A stretch of 43,365 bases of DNA from a bacterium (lineage in GTDB: Bacteria; Patescibacteriota; Gracilibacteria; Absconditabacterales; Absconditicoccaceae): positions 1 to 43,365 of the forward strand of contig JBHAST010000058.1 of assembly GCA_041831495.1 (NCBI GenBank), read 5' to 3'. Positions 1 through 11,274 of the stretch are shown piece after piece. Below the pieces are notes generated by a model that ran no database searches, was not told the DNA's origin, and was given only the letters and a program-made list of their open reading frames with translations. The number at the start of each line of letters is the position of its first letter. Position 1 is the stretch's first letter. A program made the translations under genes and the position numbers.

Positions 1-126
1 AATTAAGAATTAACAATGAACAATTAAGAATTAACAATGAACAATTAAGAATTAACAATGAACAATTAAGAATTAACAATGAACAATTAAGAATTAACAA
101 TGAACAATTAAGAATTAACAATGAAC
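1..126. repeat. Tandem repeat: six perfect copies of a 21-nt unit
   Basis: AATTAAGAATTAACAATGAAC is repeated head-to-tail six times from base 1. The array may continue upstream of the window. There are no spacers, so it is not CRISPR-like. Confidence 0.95.
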
Positions 127-133
127 AATTCAA

Positions 134-161
134 AGTTCAGAGTTCGGAGTTCAGCATTCAG
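134..161. repeat. Four tandem heptamers (AGTTCAG AGTTCGG AGTTCAG CATTCAG)
   Basis: Read directly from the sequence, immediately after the 21-mer array. Confidence 0.8.
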
Positions 162-181
162 GCGAAAGGTCCCTCTTATAT

Positions 182-389
182 GATATAAGGAAGTCGTTTT
201 ATATCCCTCCGCCTCGCTATCGCTCGGCACCTCCCTTAAAAAGGGAGGACTCAAATACAAAAGTCCCCCCTTGTTAAGGGGGGTAGGGGGGATGTGGTAT
301 AAGGAAATCTTTTTATACCGCTCCGCCTCGCTATCGCTCGACACCTCCCTTAGACCCCGGGGTGGAATAGGAAAACAAACACCCCGGGG
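182..389. repeat. Two ~57-bp direct repeats plus GC-rich perfect hairpins (REP-like or structured intergenic block)
   Basis: Copies at about 182-238 and 296-352 share ...TATAAGGAA.T..TTTTATA.C.CTCCGCCTCGCTATCGCTCG.CACCTCCCTTA. There are perfect 8-bp stems CCTCCCTT/AAGGGAGG (230-248) and CCCCCCTT/AAGGGGGG (265-283). CCCCGGGG palindromes lie at 355-362 and 382-389. Confidence 0.8.
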
Positions 390-429
390 GCTAGCTCCCT
401 TTCTCTTTTTATTTCTACAAATCTCATTG

Positions 430-1425
430 ATGTTTTACCTCTGGAGAGAAGCCTATGATCCCAAGCATCCGAAGTTTTGCGTGGTGAAATTCCAAGAAAG
501 GCTCGGTATGCAGCAATATGAGAGGTATGAAACCTTGGGGAACATCATTAGCGAATCACTCTCCCATCAGCACTATGATCACTATTTTCTCCTTGATGAT
601 ACCAGATTTCATTTTTTTAGATTTGATATTTACAAGGAGAAAGAAAATGCTTTTACGATCGAGGATATGAATGCAATCCTTGCAGATAGGCTAGACTATC
701 TCAAGAATATCACACAAGAAGAGCTTCTCTTTACCCATATTGATACGATTTTTGTAGATGGAGAACCTAAAAAGTTCTTGATCGGGGAAAAGGGTCAGCT
801 TTTTTTTCGTTTGTATTTTGTATATCTCAATAGAAATACGCTGCTGGAGTTTAATAAATCCTACGGTAATGTTTTCAACCAAAAAAATCTCCAGCTCCGA
901 CCCGAGAGCTTCAAAACGATTAATTTTCTCAAAAGAAAGCTTGGTCGTGATTCCTTTCTGCTCCTCTATATCAAGGAAAATTATTGCAAGGTGATCGCGG
1001 TGGAGGACGGTTTTTATAAGCAGATTGAGCATATCAACTTTGGGATCAATTTTTTGATGCAGATGTATAAGGACAACCAAATCGTGAAATACCGATATAA
1101 GAGCTCTGAAGAGATCGAGCAGAATCCCCTAGCAAAAAATCTGGTTTTGGAGAGCATTCGTTTTTATGTGGAATATCTCTGTAAATGGCTGAACGATCTC
1201 CATTTGACCGAAAAAGATATTTTCCTGATTTCTCCGATTATCAAAAATGGGAATTTCATGGAAGAGTTCAATAAATCCTATGCGAGTCTGCATAATAAGT
1301 ATATTGTGCCGTTCCATCATTCAAGTCAGCTCGAACTTTTTGGCAAGCACTGGGCACCTGAAGATATGGACACGCTGATTTTCTTGAATGGAAGTAAGAT
1401 GAAAAAGCAGATTATAGGAAGCTAG
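430..1425 (+). CDS. Hypothetical protein (weak actin-fold/FtsA-PilM-like resemblance only)
   Basis: This uses the ORF-track frame 271..1425. The first ATG (430) lies just past the repeat block, the stop is TAG 1423-1425, and there is no in-frame TGA. The segment LLLYIKENYCKVIAVEDGFYKQIEHINFGINFL faintly resembles ASKHA-fold proteins. The function is not established. Confidence 0.6.
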   Translation: MFYLWREAYDPKHPKFCVVKFQERLGMQQYERYETLGNIISESLSHQHYDHYFLLDDTRFHFFRFDIYKEKENAFTIEDMNAILADRLDYLKNITQEELLFTHIDTIFVDGEPKKFLIGEKGQLFFRLYFVYLNRNTLLEFNKSYGNVFNQKNLQLRPESFKTINFLKRKLGRDSFLLLYIKENYCKVIAVEDGFYKQIEHINFGINFLMQMYKDNQIVKYRYKSSEEIEQNPLAKNLVLESIRFYVEYLCKWLNDLHLTEKDIFLISPIIKNGNFMEEFNKSYASLHNKYIVPFHHSSQLELFGKHWAPEDMDTLIFLNGSKMKKQIIGS

Positions 1426-1574
1426 GTTTTTTAAAAGAAAAGAGACCTTCGTTTTATAATTTCTTTGAAAGAGTTTCTCTTGAAAAAAGTGCAGGTAAGT
1501 ATAGAATGAAAGAGACTTAGGTCTGGCAAAATGTTTTTTTGCTCATAGCACTTTTTATTTTTTATACTATAGTA

Positions 1575-4500
1575 ATGAAAAAATTACTTTTACTGCTTCT
1601 AGTGCTGACTTTTTTCGTGGGGGGGGGTAGTTTACGCACCTTCGCCCTCATTTCAACACCAACAAGAGATTTCCCCCTTTCCACCCCTGTAGGTAGCGTG
1701 ACAGGACATTGGGACCAAGCCACCCAGACACTCAGTATCGTTGGAAACGGGAAAATTGATGTTGATAAGTGGAAGGCACTCAAAAACACCACGACTAGCC
1801 TTCATCTCGTGAATGCGAATGCCAGCGGAACTCATATTCAATTTCATTCTGGAGTGCAGTTTCCAGATAATGCAGGTCGTTTCTTTGAAGGAGTATATTC
1901 TACCATCGGATTTCCTGCATCAATGGATGTCTCTAATGTAACTGATATGAGCAATATGTTTTCTAAAGCCTATAATTTTAATGCAGAATCGCTCAATTGG
2001 TCTGTCCCTAAGGTAACCACAATGGTGGGAATGTTTCACACTACTCCAGCTTTTACGGGGAAGGTGCATTTTACCAATGCTGATAAGGTTGGTTTAATGA
2101 TTAATATGTTCTATTGATCTCGCGTCAAAGAAGTAAAAATTGAAAATACCGCAGTCCTTACCAGAGTTGATGGAATGTTTTGGGATTCTGCAGTTGAAAA
2201 AGTTGAGTTCACTGATCTCAGAAAAGTGCAAATGGCAACGAGAATGTTTATAGGAGCAACAAAATTTAATGCTGATATTGACCGAGAGGTTCCAGAACTC
2301 AAGGAAGCTTGATCTATGTTTCAAGGAACTACCGATTTTACAGGAAAGGTGATCTTGAGAAATGCAGGTAAGCTCAGCTCTTTAAACTCAATGTTTCAAA
2401 GTTCAGCAGTCAAAGAGGTAGAAATCTTGGGACTGAAAGAAGCAACTACTATGAAGCAAATGTTTTATAGAGCTACAAATCTGGAAACTGTCTCATTTGG
2501 TCCTGATCCAAAAGCTACACAAACCGTGAAAACTATGGCAAGTATGTTTGATTGAGCAAGCAAATTTAATACCGATATTGACCGAGATCTTTCAGAAACA
2601 ACAGAAACGAATGGAATGTTCGCAAATACGCCAGGCTTTTCTGGGAAGGTAAAATTGAGAAATACGGGAAAGATTATCACAACACAAACGATGTTTCATT
2701 CTTCTGCTGTGCGTGAAGTAGAGTTTGATGGCTTAACAGGGGCAACAACAATGATTCAGATGTTTGCAAAAACTGAAAATCTTCAAAAATTAAAACTCTG
2801 AGATACTTCCAATGTTCAAGATATGTCTCAGATGTTTAGGCGATCTACGATGAATCTGGATATTTCGGATTTAAGAATTGATGCTTTGACGAATGGAAGC
2901 TTATTTATCCGAGAAAATAATAAGGCTTTCTCTCGCGTAAACTATGACAAGCTTCTTTCGGGCTGGGCGAGCAGACTTCCTGCGATACCACGCGTTCCGT
3001 CGGTTCCTATAACTATCAACGCTCCTTATTGTCTAGGGAAGGCTGCAAGAGCGGAAATTATCGCTAAAGGCTATAGCATTAGCAGAGATCGACTGGACTG
3101 TGGACTCAGCATCACCGAAAGACCAGCCGCAAAAATCTCAAGTGGAACAATGGCAAAACGCCAGATTATTATTCAGTCTGCTGCCCCTATTCATACCGGG
3201 TCGATCAAGATTATCGCTGGAAATCTCGGCTATAGCAATTTGAAATGCACTTCATCAGCGGCTCTTCCGACTAAAGTGAATTGTTATCTGGATATCACCG
3301 CTACGCCTGTTGGAGCCCTTTCTCAACTCACGATTCAAGCCACAGACACGATGTGAGATAGTGAGCAATATCTCCTTTCAGGGTTTATCATTGATACGAA
3401 GAAACCAGAGATCGGGCAGGTAAGTATTGATGTGAGTAATGGAATCTCTACTCCAAAGGTCAAACTACGTGCTTTCCCAAGAGATGAATGAGGATCAGGT
3501 TTTTCTGGTTGTAATTTTGTCTATACGGGTGATGATGGGACTTTAAAAACCGTTCCTGCCTCTACTAGCGAATCGGACTTGAGTTTCGATCCAAGTGAAA
3601 CTACCCATACACTCCGCGTGCTTTGCTATGATAAGGTAGGGAATAGCTCTGAAAATCTGATCAAGTTTCCACCTATTATCACCTTTAATCCTGACAATCT
3701 CACGCTCAGCAATCAGGCTATGAACGGTGTTTTTGAGGTTTATTCTCCATCGTCGGTAGCGATTGGTAGTATTCAACTTAACTATAGTGATAATACTCCT
3801 GTTAGTTTCTCGTGCAGAAGCCAGATTGATAACGGCACAACTCCTCCCTTTACCAATAGTCCAACCGCACCTGTTCGCTGTGAATATAGCAATGCGAATC
3901 GCTCAGGAACCCTCGTCGCTAAGGCTCAAGATATCAATGGAGCTGCAGGACAGCAGATGCAAAGCGTAATCCTTGATACTAACCAGCCTCATATCACGAT
4001 CAGTCCAGAAAATGCTCTTACAAGCGGAAATCTCGTGATCAAAATTCAGGTTTTTGATGCTGTAGGAATCCAGACTTGAGCAGTAGGTATCTCAAGTTCG
4101 CTTGATCATTCAGATTGGGATTGCGTGCAAAGTGGAGCTACGATGGTTCGTTGTCAATTTACAGCAAATACTGCAATCCAAAATGGAAATCTGACCATCA
4201 CAGCAACCGACCTTGCAGGCAATGGAGAAAGTAAAACCACCTCATGATACACGATAGACCAAATGCTTCCAACTATTGACCAACTTAATGCCACTTTTCA
4301 GGAGAGCTGAACGAAACTTTTGGTGAGTTTTAGTGGTTCTGATGCTGGAGGAGCAGGGCTATGGAAGCAGTCAGAAAACGGGAATCCTCAATTTGATGCT
4401 GCTGCGATATCCTATGGTCTTGCTTCAGATGTAAATTGTAGTAATTTCGTGAGTATTGATAGCTTGAGCCCTCAAGAAATTGAGCCTTATAGCTTAAACT

Positions 4501-5945
4501 TTGAATTTAATGATGTAACTCAAAACGGAAAATACCTCTGTATCGTGGTCAAAGATAAAGTATGAAATACGCAAACAGGAGCACTTTCTAGTCCACTGAA
4601 TCTCAATATTGCACCAAGCTTCCCTCTTCATACCGCAACAATCGCTGAAAATAGTGCAATCGGAAGCTTCGTAAGCCTTCTTACTGGAAGTGATGTAAAT
4701 ACAGGTGATACCCTGACTTATACTATCATTGAAGGAAATACAGGAACAGCGTTTAGCATACAAGATAATAGACTTATAGTCAATGGTGCACTGGATTATG
4801 AAACTCTTTCAGGCTATCGTTTGATGATTAAAGTTAGTGATCAGTATGGACTCTTTTGAACGGGAGAAATGGAGATTACGCTAAACGATAAAGATGAGAT
4901 TTTGCCTACTTTAAGCACAGGAAGCTCTGTGAATTATCCGCAAGGTGCTACGATCACTCCGATTGTCTTTACAGGAAGTGATAACCAGGCGATCAGTGGG
5001 CGAAAGGTGACAGGACTTCCAGCAGGACTAACCTTTGAAGGAACGACAGGAGCTACGACAGGAAACTTGACGATCTCGGGAACCCTTTCTGCACCTACAG
5101 GAACTTATCTCATTAGTGTTGAACTTAGCGACCATGAAGGGAATGTTGCTCTTCAGACCTTTACTATTACAATCAAAACCCCTTCTCAACCTGGTTATTC
5201 ATGATGATGAGGAAAAGCACTTTCTCAGCCAACAAATCAAAATCCTGATCCTCAAACCCCAGTTCAAACCGAAAATCAGGTAAAATTCAACGATAGCGAT
5301 CTCTTCAATCCAACAATAGAAGACGGAAAGTGTTATACGAGAAGACCTCATCAGTGAATCCAGACCTCAACTACGTTCCCAACTACAGAAGAATTTAATA
5401 AAGCTCTAAGCTTTCTTTGGACTTATGAGATGACGAAATATGATAGCGTAGCTGGTTATGATCCGTATAGAAACTTGAGCAGACAGGAAGCAGCAAAAAT
5501 CTTTTCACAGTTTGCTACGAATGTCCTCTGTAGAAAACCAGATCAGAACTTAAGAGTAAACTATAGCGATACCGAAAATGCAGACCCAAGCCTGAAGCCT
5601 TATATTACGCTTGCGTATCAGCTTGGTTTGATGAAAGGAAGCGGACAAGGAGATGGGCTCTTCAGACCGTATGAAATGATCAGTAAAGCAGAGGTGAATG
5701 CCGTGTTGATTAGAATGATTTTGAAGGCTTACTTGAATGAAACATCTCTAGCAAATTGGTTTAGTAATTATAATGAAGTAGCTACGAAATTAGGAATTAT
5801 CAATCAATGAGCGGGACTACAGTCAGTTCCAAGAAATGATGTTGCATTGATGCTGTTTAGAGCCTACAAAAATCAGGTATTTGACCGACAAGAGATTGAC
5901 TATTTCAGCTATGTCTTGAAATCGAGAGATCTCTTTGTGAAGTAA
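1575..5945 (+). CDS. Giant secreted surface protein (1456 aa): DUF285/BspA-type repeats, cadherin-like repeat, Ig-like segment, SLH-like C-terminus
   Basis: Eight ORF-track pieces (1539-2117 through 5430-5810) share one frame. They are separated only by TGA: 16 in-frame TGA and no TAA/TAG by hand translation. ATG 1575 gives a signal-like N-terminus MKKLLLLLLVLTFFVGGG, and the stop is TAA 5943-5945. Motifs: repeated ..MF..A..FN.DI..W... units (DUF285-type); IAENSAIGSFV...ALDYETLSGYRLMIKVSD (cadherin-like); NLSRQEAAKIF...ISKAEVNAVLIRM (SLH-like). Confidence 0.85.
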
Positions 5946-6000
5946 TAATGCAAGTAATCGCCTTATCTGTTGATTCTTATCCCTCTTAGAATGCTAAAAA

Positions 6001-6028
6001 ACCCTCCTTAAAAAGGAGGATTTTTTGT
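6001..6028 (+). terminator. Rho-independent terminator after the surface-protein gene
   Basis: Stem CCTCCTT/AAGGAGG with an AAAA-type loop (about 6003-6020), followed by TTTTTTG. Confidence 0.7.
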
Positions 6029-6052
6029 TTTATGAAAAAAGATGCGTTTTTT

Positions 6053-6081
6053 TTGCATTTTTTTCAATTTGTCGTTATAAT
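6053..6081 (+). promoter_or_regulatory. Sigma-70-like promoter (TTGCAT, 17 nt, TATAAT)
   Basis: -35 TTGCAT at 6053-6058 and -10 TATAAT at 6076-6081, about 40 nt upstream of ATG 6120. Confidence 0.4.
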
Positions 6082-6119
6082 TGGAGTGATACTTTTTTAG
6101 TCTTTCAGTGTGAATAGTA

Positions 6120-8021
6120 ATGCCAACTAATGATTCTCAGCAAACTTCAGTAACTCCTACAAACCAGACCGTAGGTACTTCTCAGGATTATGAATTTGAT
6201 CTTGGGATTGCAAACCAAGAAGAACCAGTTTCTCAGGGACAAGACCTACTTCCTGCCACAGAGCCTCTTCAAGAAACACAGCCTGAAAGCACAGGAATGG
6301 CTTTTGATTTTAGTCTTGATCTTCCGGAGAACTATAGCCTAGCCAATGAAGCAAATGCTGAAACTCAAGTTCAGCCATCTGTTGATTTGGAGGATGACAA
6401 TTTGGAACAAGAAACCAGAGAAGAAACCCCTCAGGAGCTAAGCTTTGTAAGTTCAGAACCGCAAAAAAAACCAGAGGAAGCTTTGAGTTTTTCTGAATGA
6501 GAATCTTCATCGGTACTCCTTGAAGAACCTATAGAACAATCCGCAGAAGAGCCCGTGGAAGAACAAACTGAAGAAAATAATAATGAAAAAACTTTTTTTC
6601 AAGCAGAGCAAACAGGAGTTTCTGAGCAAACCTCTGTCGAACTCCTTACAGAATCTGCACCGTTCTTTACTCCTATTGAAGAAAGTGTTTCAGAAGCGAT
6701 TACCACTGAGAATGAACCTTCATCAATGCTTTCTGAAGATCCAATTTCTTGAGCAGATGCAGCAGCACCTCAGCTAGAAACCTTTCCTCAGGTTCAGCTA
6801 GCATCTCCTTCAGAACCCACTCCTGAACAAACTTCTGAGACTCCACAGGAACCTATTGAAGCAGCGAAACCAGAACTAGAACTTTCAAATTCAGCTTTAG
6901 AGGTGCCTCAGACACAGGAAGCTGGATGACCAAAGCTTCTTAACCTAGATGAAATGATTTCCCATTTTTCAGGTGGAGAACAGACCGCTTCTGCACAGGC
7001 AACCATGGATCCATTTAGTGCAATGAAAGCGACTTTAGAGGCACAACATCAGGAGAATCCTCAACCGAAAGAAAAACACGAAAGCCAAACTCTCTCAAAC
7101 CCGCTTCAACAAGCAGAAATTCAGACAGTTCAAAAAAGCCAAAATCAGACTTTAGAGTCTTGAACTGAAGAGTCAAAGGGAGCAATGGAAATGCCTGTCC
7201 AGACGTTAAATTTAGATGCAATGATCGCTTCAGAACAGCCGATTTCTTGAGGTCTTGAAGCTCCTGTCGTTCAGCAGACTCCAATGCCTGAAAGTCCTCT
7301 CAGCAATCCAACACTTAGCTATCCTCAGCTAATAACTCCGCCAAAGAAAGCGCAGGGAAAAGGAATTACTGTCCTTTTAGCTTCAATATTGGTCCTTGTG
7401 ATTGGAGGAATTGCTGTCATGAGATATCCAGATTTACTTTCTTTTTTTCAGTGAGGAAACACACCTACGCCTACGATTTCTGAGGAGCAGGAGCACTCTT
7501 CGGCTCCAGAGCAAACGCTTCTGACTGGAGAAGAAAATAATGAACTCTTGTCTGGAGCTCAGGAGGAGGATACTTTTGAGTCTTTAGAAGAGATTACCCT
7601 AGATGAGCTTTCTTCGGATGAAGAAAAAGAGATTCCACTTATTGATCTCAGCTCTGGAGAGGCAACCACAAGCAATACTTCTGGGGACACCTCTTTGCCT
7701 TCACTTCCAGAAAATCAAAATCAGAATCCTGAATCAGGAACGGTGGATCCTTTAGGAGCAGTAGAGGGATTGGTTGGTCCAATCAATAATAATGATGTGA
7801 TTAAGCAAGAAGTTCTTGAATACCAACAAAAGGGACAAAGTCTCAAAGAACAAGGAAGTGCTCAAGCAAAGAAAACGATGATGAAATATGGGCTTGCTGT
7901 AGAGAAAGAGGCAACAGACCTTTTAAATACGCTTGCAAATGGTGGAAATATTACTATATCTGAGCGGTCAGCTTTGAAGCTCAAGCTTGATAATTATTTA
8001 CAGACTGCAAATAATGCCTAA
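6120..8021 (+). CDS. Acidic, low-complexity (E/Q/P/S/T-rich) protein with a single TM helix (633 aa)
   Basis: ORF-track pieces 6120-6500, 6555-6752, 6954-7163 and 7548-8021 are in one frame joined by TGA. The gaps were hand-checked for TAA/TAG. There is one hydrophobic helix, GITVLLASILVLVIGGIAVM (about 7365-7425). The stop is TAA 8019-8021. Confidence 0.8.
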
Positions 8022-8118
8022 ATCATCAACCTTTTGAAAAAAAATATCGACCTACCAGAAGAAAAAGGAGGAGCTTCAGCCTTCCTTTTCTTTCTTAGCA
8101 AAAAAAAGAGGAAATCCC

Positions 8119-8997
8119 ATGAAAATGTCCTCCTTGTTTGCCACCTACCTTGAATATCTTGAACATACTAAAAATGTCAGCCCTAGAACGCTTTCAAACT
8201 ACAAACTCTGGATTCTGAGGGCAATTCACTTTTTCTGAGACCCAAAAATTCAGGACCTCAAACCTTTGGATGTTCTTGAACTCAGAAAGGAGCTGAGAGA
8301 GCAGGGACTTAGCAAAAAAACGATAAATTATCATATTATTGCCTTGAGATCCTTCCTTAGGTTTCTGCTCAAGAATGATATTGACTGCATGAGTCCTGAC
8401 AAATTGGAACTTGCAAAAATTCCTCAGAGAGAGGTTCATTTTTTGCAGGAAGAGGAAATTACGCAGCTTTTGCTTGCACCAAGAACACGAGGGAATGCTG
8501 AACTTCAAATCGCAAGGGATGAATTAATTCTCGCTATCCTCTATGGAACGGGGCTAAGAGTTTCAGAATTAATTTCCTTGCAAAAAAACCAAATTATCCT
8601 TTGAGAAAAACAGTTTTCTATCAGAGGAAAAGGATCAAAACTCAGATCAGTTTTTTTGACTGGTTCTGCAATGCAAAAACTCTCTGAATATCTCCAGTTA
8701 AGAAGCGACAACTATCCTCCACTTTTTATAAGCCTTGCTAAGAATAGCTATGGAAATCAGCTTTCTAGAAATTCGGTAGAAGCGCTGGTAAAAAGCTATG
8801 CAAAAAAAATCTGACTCAAAAAAAAGGTTACGCCACATACGCTTAGACACTCTTTTGCGACAATGCTACTCAAAAAGGGGGCAGATATCAGATCGGTACA
8901 AACACTCCTTGGACACGCATCCATCACAACAACCCAGATTTATACCCATATTGATGACCGTTTTCTCAAAAAAGTTCACGATCTCCTTGATGAATAA
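8119..8997 (+). CDS. xerC: Tyrosine recombinase, XerC/XerD family (292 aa)
   Basis: ATG 8119 to TAA 8995-8997 with three in-frame TGA. Catalytic signature: GLRVSEL (Arg), HTLRHSFAT (His-x-x-Arg), [15 protein letters not shown] (His, Tyr). The N-terminal SAM-like core-binding segment is [15 protein letters not shown]. Confidence 0.9.
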
Positions 8998-9289
8998 CAA
9001 GGTTGATAAAGTCGTTATGTTTTAGGCAAGCATACTCAGCATATTTTTTTCTTTTCTGCTCTTCTCAGTCATCAGTCAAAAAAAGATAAATCAGAATTAT
9101 TTGAGGATCGTAAGCAATTCAGTTAAAGTTGATAGTGACTCTTCATCATGAGAAGCGCCCTTGCATTCAGCTTTGTTTCGGTCATAGATAGTCATTTTTG
9201 TAACTATCTCCTACAAATAGGATCGTTTCGGGTTTTGACTAATCTAGAATTTTGACTATAATAGTAAGTGAATTTTATTTTAAATTTCT

Positions 9290-9925
9290 ATGAAAATGAA
9301 AAAAAACATTAAAATTAGTTTACAGATTTTTTGATGCACTGCAATTTTCGCTTTATTCTTATTTTTGTTTTTGATTTTTTCTATGAGAATTAAATCATCT
9401 AACAATAATTGGAGTGTTTTCTCTTGCAAATTAACAGATAAAGAGACTTTATTTACTCAGTGTGATGATAGAATTACCGCTTGGAAACTTTCTTGAAATA
9501 AACTTTCTTTTTATGCTCCACAGGGAATTGCATCAGTTTATATTCCCTTTACTTCTCCAAATATCAATCTAAGTATTGATGAATCTGCAAATCTAAGTTA
9601 TGATTATTGGATAGTCTATGATAATTTTTGATGGAAAGAACTTCAAAAAGTAGATGGAGAAATAGTAAATGATACTTCAGAGGATGCATTAGAAGAGTCT
9701 TTAAACAATAAAAAAAATAATAACTTCTGGTTTAGTAAAGATAAAACAGGAAAGAAAAATATTAAAATTGATGCTGGAAGACCTTTTAATACCGATGAAC
9801 TTATCGGTTATCCAAATATTGTAAAAAATACATTTCTTACAAAATGAAAGCATGCAAAGGGTGTTATTATGATGATAATGTGAGAAGCACAAGAAGTAAA
9901 TATTCAAAAAATTGAAGTATTGTAA
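9290..9925 (+). CDS. Hypothetical membrane-anchored or secreted protein (211 aa)
   Basis: Codon-by-codon translation from ATG 9290 to TAA 9923-9925 is open if five TGA are read as sense. The N-terminal hydrophobic segment is CTAIFALFLFLFLIF. This ORF is invisible in the standard-code ORF track. Confidence 0.6.
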
Positions 9926-9992
9926 TTATTAAAAATAAATCTCTAAATATCTATAATTTTTTTCTTAAAAACCCTTTGATAGTATAGATAAT

Positions 9993-10016
9993 TCCCTCAT
10001 AGTGAGGGATTTTTTC
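9993..10016 (+). terminator. Putative rho-independent terminator
   Basis: TCCCTC..GAGGGA hairpin followed by TTTTTTC, downstream of the 9290-9925 ORF. Confidence 0.5.
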
Positions 10017-10148
10017 TTTGTTCCAAAATCAATTCTCTCCTATAGATTAAAGGGTGTAATTCTTCCCTTTAATAAAAAGAGGCATTTATCCCCCTTAAAC
10101 TTCAGACTTACTTTTTGGCATTGTCTCAAAAAATAAGCAAAAGTAGAA

Positions 10149-10550
10149 TGATCTTTACTGTTTATCAAAAGGGCTTACTTCTCCAAAGTAATCCGTTCTA
10201 ATACTTCAAAGCACAGGAAGAAGCTATAAAATATGGAGCCATTCGTCCTATTTTTAGAAAAAATCCTAAATATCATGATTTTTGACCAACTTTAATGAAG
10301 GAATATCTTGCCTTGGATTTTGGAGTCAACATTCCAAAAGAGACCTTGAGGTAAATTATGATTAAAGAAGGTATTTGGGTTGCTAATCCTCAAAGAAGGA
10401 GGATTAAGTACCAAAAAAGAATAATGAGAAAAGCTCCTGTAACAAAAAAATAAAAAGAAATGAAATGAAGTTTGCCTCGCGATAGTGAGTCGAACTTCCA
10501 AAGTCATAGAGGGAACTTTGTTATTCATTCTCTCTAAAAGGTAGGAAATG
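10149..10550 (+). pseudogene. Decayed transposase remnant (rve/ISNCY-like N-terminal region)
   Basis: One frame reads MIFTVYQKGLLLQSNPF*YFKAQEEAIKYGAIRPIFRKNPKYHDFGPTLMKEYLALDFGVNIPKETLR*IMIKEGIWVANPQRRRIKYQKR. The ..YxDFGPTL..E.L....G......ETLR.WM...GLW motif of ISNCY-type transposases is present, but it is interrupted by in-frame TAA stops and lacks the DDE core. Confidence 0.55.
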
Positions 10551-10695
10551 GACTACTTTAATCAAAATCAAACAGGATTATTGTCTCTTAGATAGTCTAA
10601 AAAAACAAAAAATTTAGGATTAATGGTAAAAAATGTGTGGCTAAAATAAGGTGAAAAGGTAGTAGATAATTAGCTTTATCTACTATTTTTAATAA

Positions 10696-11025
10696 ATGCA
10701 AATAAAAAAATGTAAGAAATGCGGCGGTAGCCGCATTAAAAAAGATGGGAGAATGAGATGAAAACAAAGGTATAAATGCCAATTATGTTGATATGTGTTT
10801 CAAAACACGCGTAAAACACTCAATACTGAAAAGTTATGGAAAGAATATAGTAGTTGAAAACAGACATATTGAGAAATTGAAGCAAAATATAATCTTAGTA
10901 AAGTAACAGTTCAAAAATATTTAGACACTAAATCAATTTTCAAAATTAAGACAACTCCTCAGAAAACAGTGTTACTAATAGATACAACTTATTTTTGAAG
11001 AAAATATTGAATAATATCTGTTTAA
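10696..11025 (+). pseudogene. Truncated transposase N-terminus (zinc-ribbon plus HTH, IS1/IS1595-like), 109 aa
   Basis: The frame reads MQIKKCKKCGGSRIKKDGRMRGKQRYKCQLCGYVF (CxxC...CxxC), then an HTH-like segment. It ends at ...VLLIDTTYFGRKYGIISV*, just where a catalytic domain would start. It is far too short for a functional transposase. Confidence 0.55.
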
Positions 11026-11260
11026 TTATTTACTCTTACCTCAATGACAAGAAATTTTAAAATCCAGTATTACTTGACAAGCCCAATGATGATTAAATAG
11101 AGTAAATTTATTAAATATCAAAATTCCACTTCCTCCTCTAGAAACTCAAAAACAAATCGTTGCACAAATAGAAAAAATAGAACAAGAAATAGAAAAGTTA
11201 AAATCTGAAATAGCAGAAATCCCAAATAAGAAAGAAGAAATTTTGAGAAAATATTTATAA
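11015..11260 (+). pseudogene. C-terminal remnant of a restriction-modification specificity (HsdS-like) subunit
   Basis: The frame reads ...GQAQGGLNRVNLLNIKIPLPPLETQKQIVAQIEKIEQEIEKLKSEI...*. The I.IPLPPL.EQ..I motif followed by a coiled coil is the conserved HsdS repeat end. There is no start codon and no upstream target-recognition domain. Confidence 0.5.
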
Positions 11261-11274
11261 TTGTATATATAGTC

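Noticed and set aside
1-126. Possible CRISPR array
   Set aside because: The repeats are directly abutting 21-mers with no spacers, and no cas genes are present. It is a plain tandem repeat.
9097-9195. 32-aa minus-strand ORF (MTIYDRNKAECKGASHDEESL...) with a GGAGA about 13 nt upstream
   Set aside because: It is too short, has no recognisable motif, and sits in a decaying AT-rich region. The support is insufficient.
10047-10072. Perfect 8-bp palindrome TTAAAGGG...CCCTTTAA as a possible IS terminal repeat
   Set aside because: No matching partner repeat was seen flanking the transposase remnants. It may simply be a hairpin.
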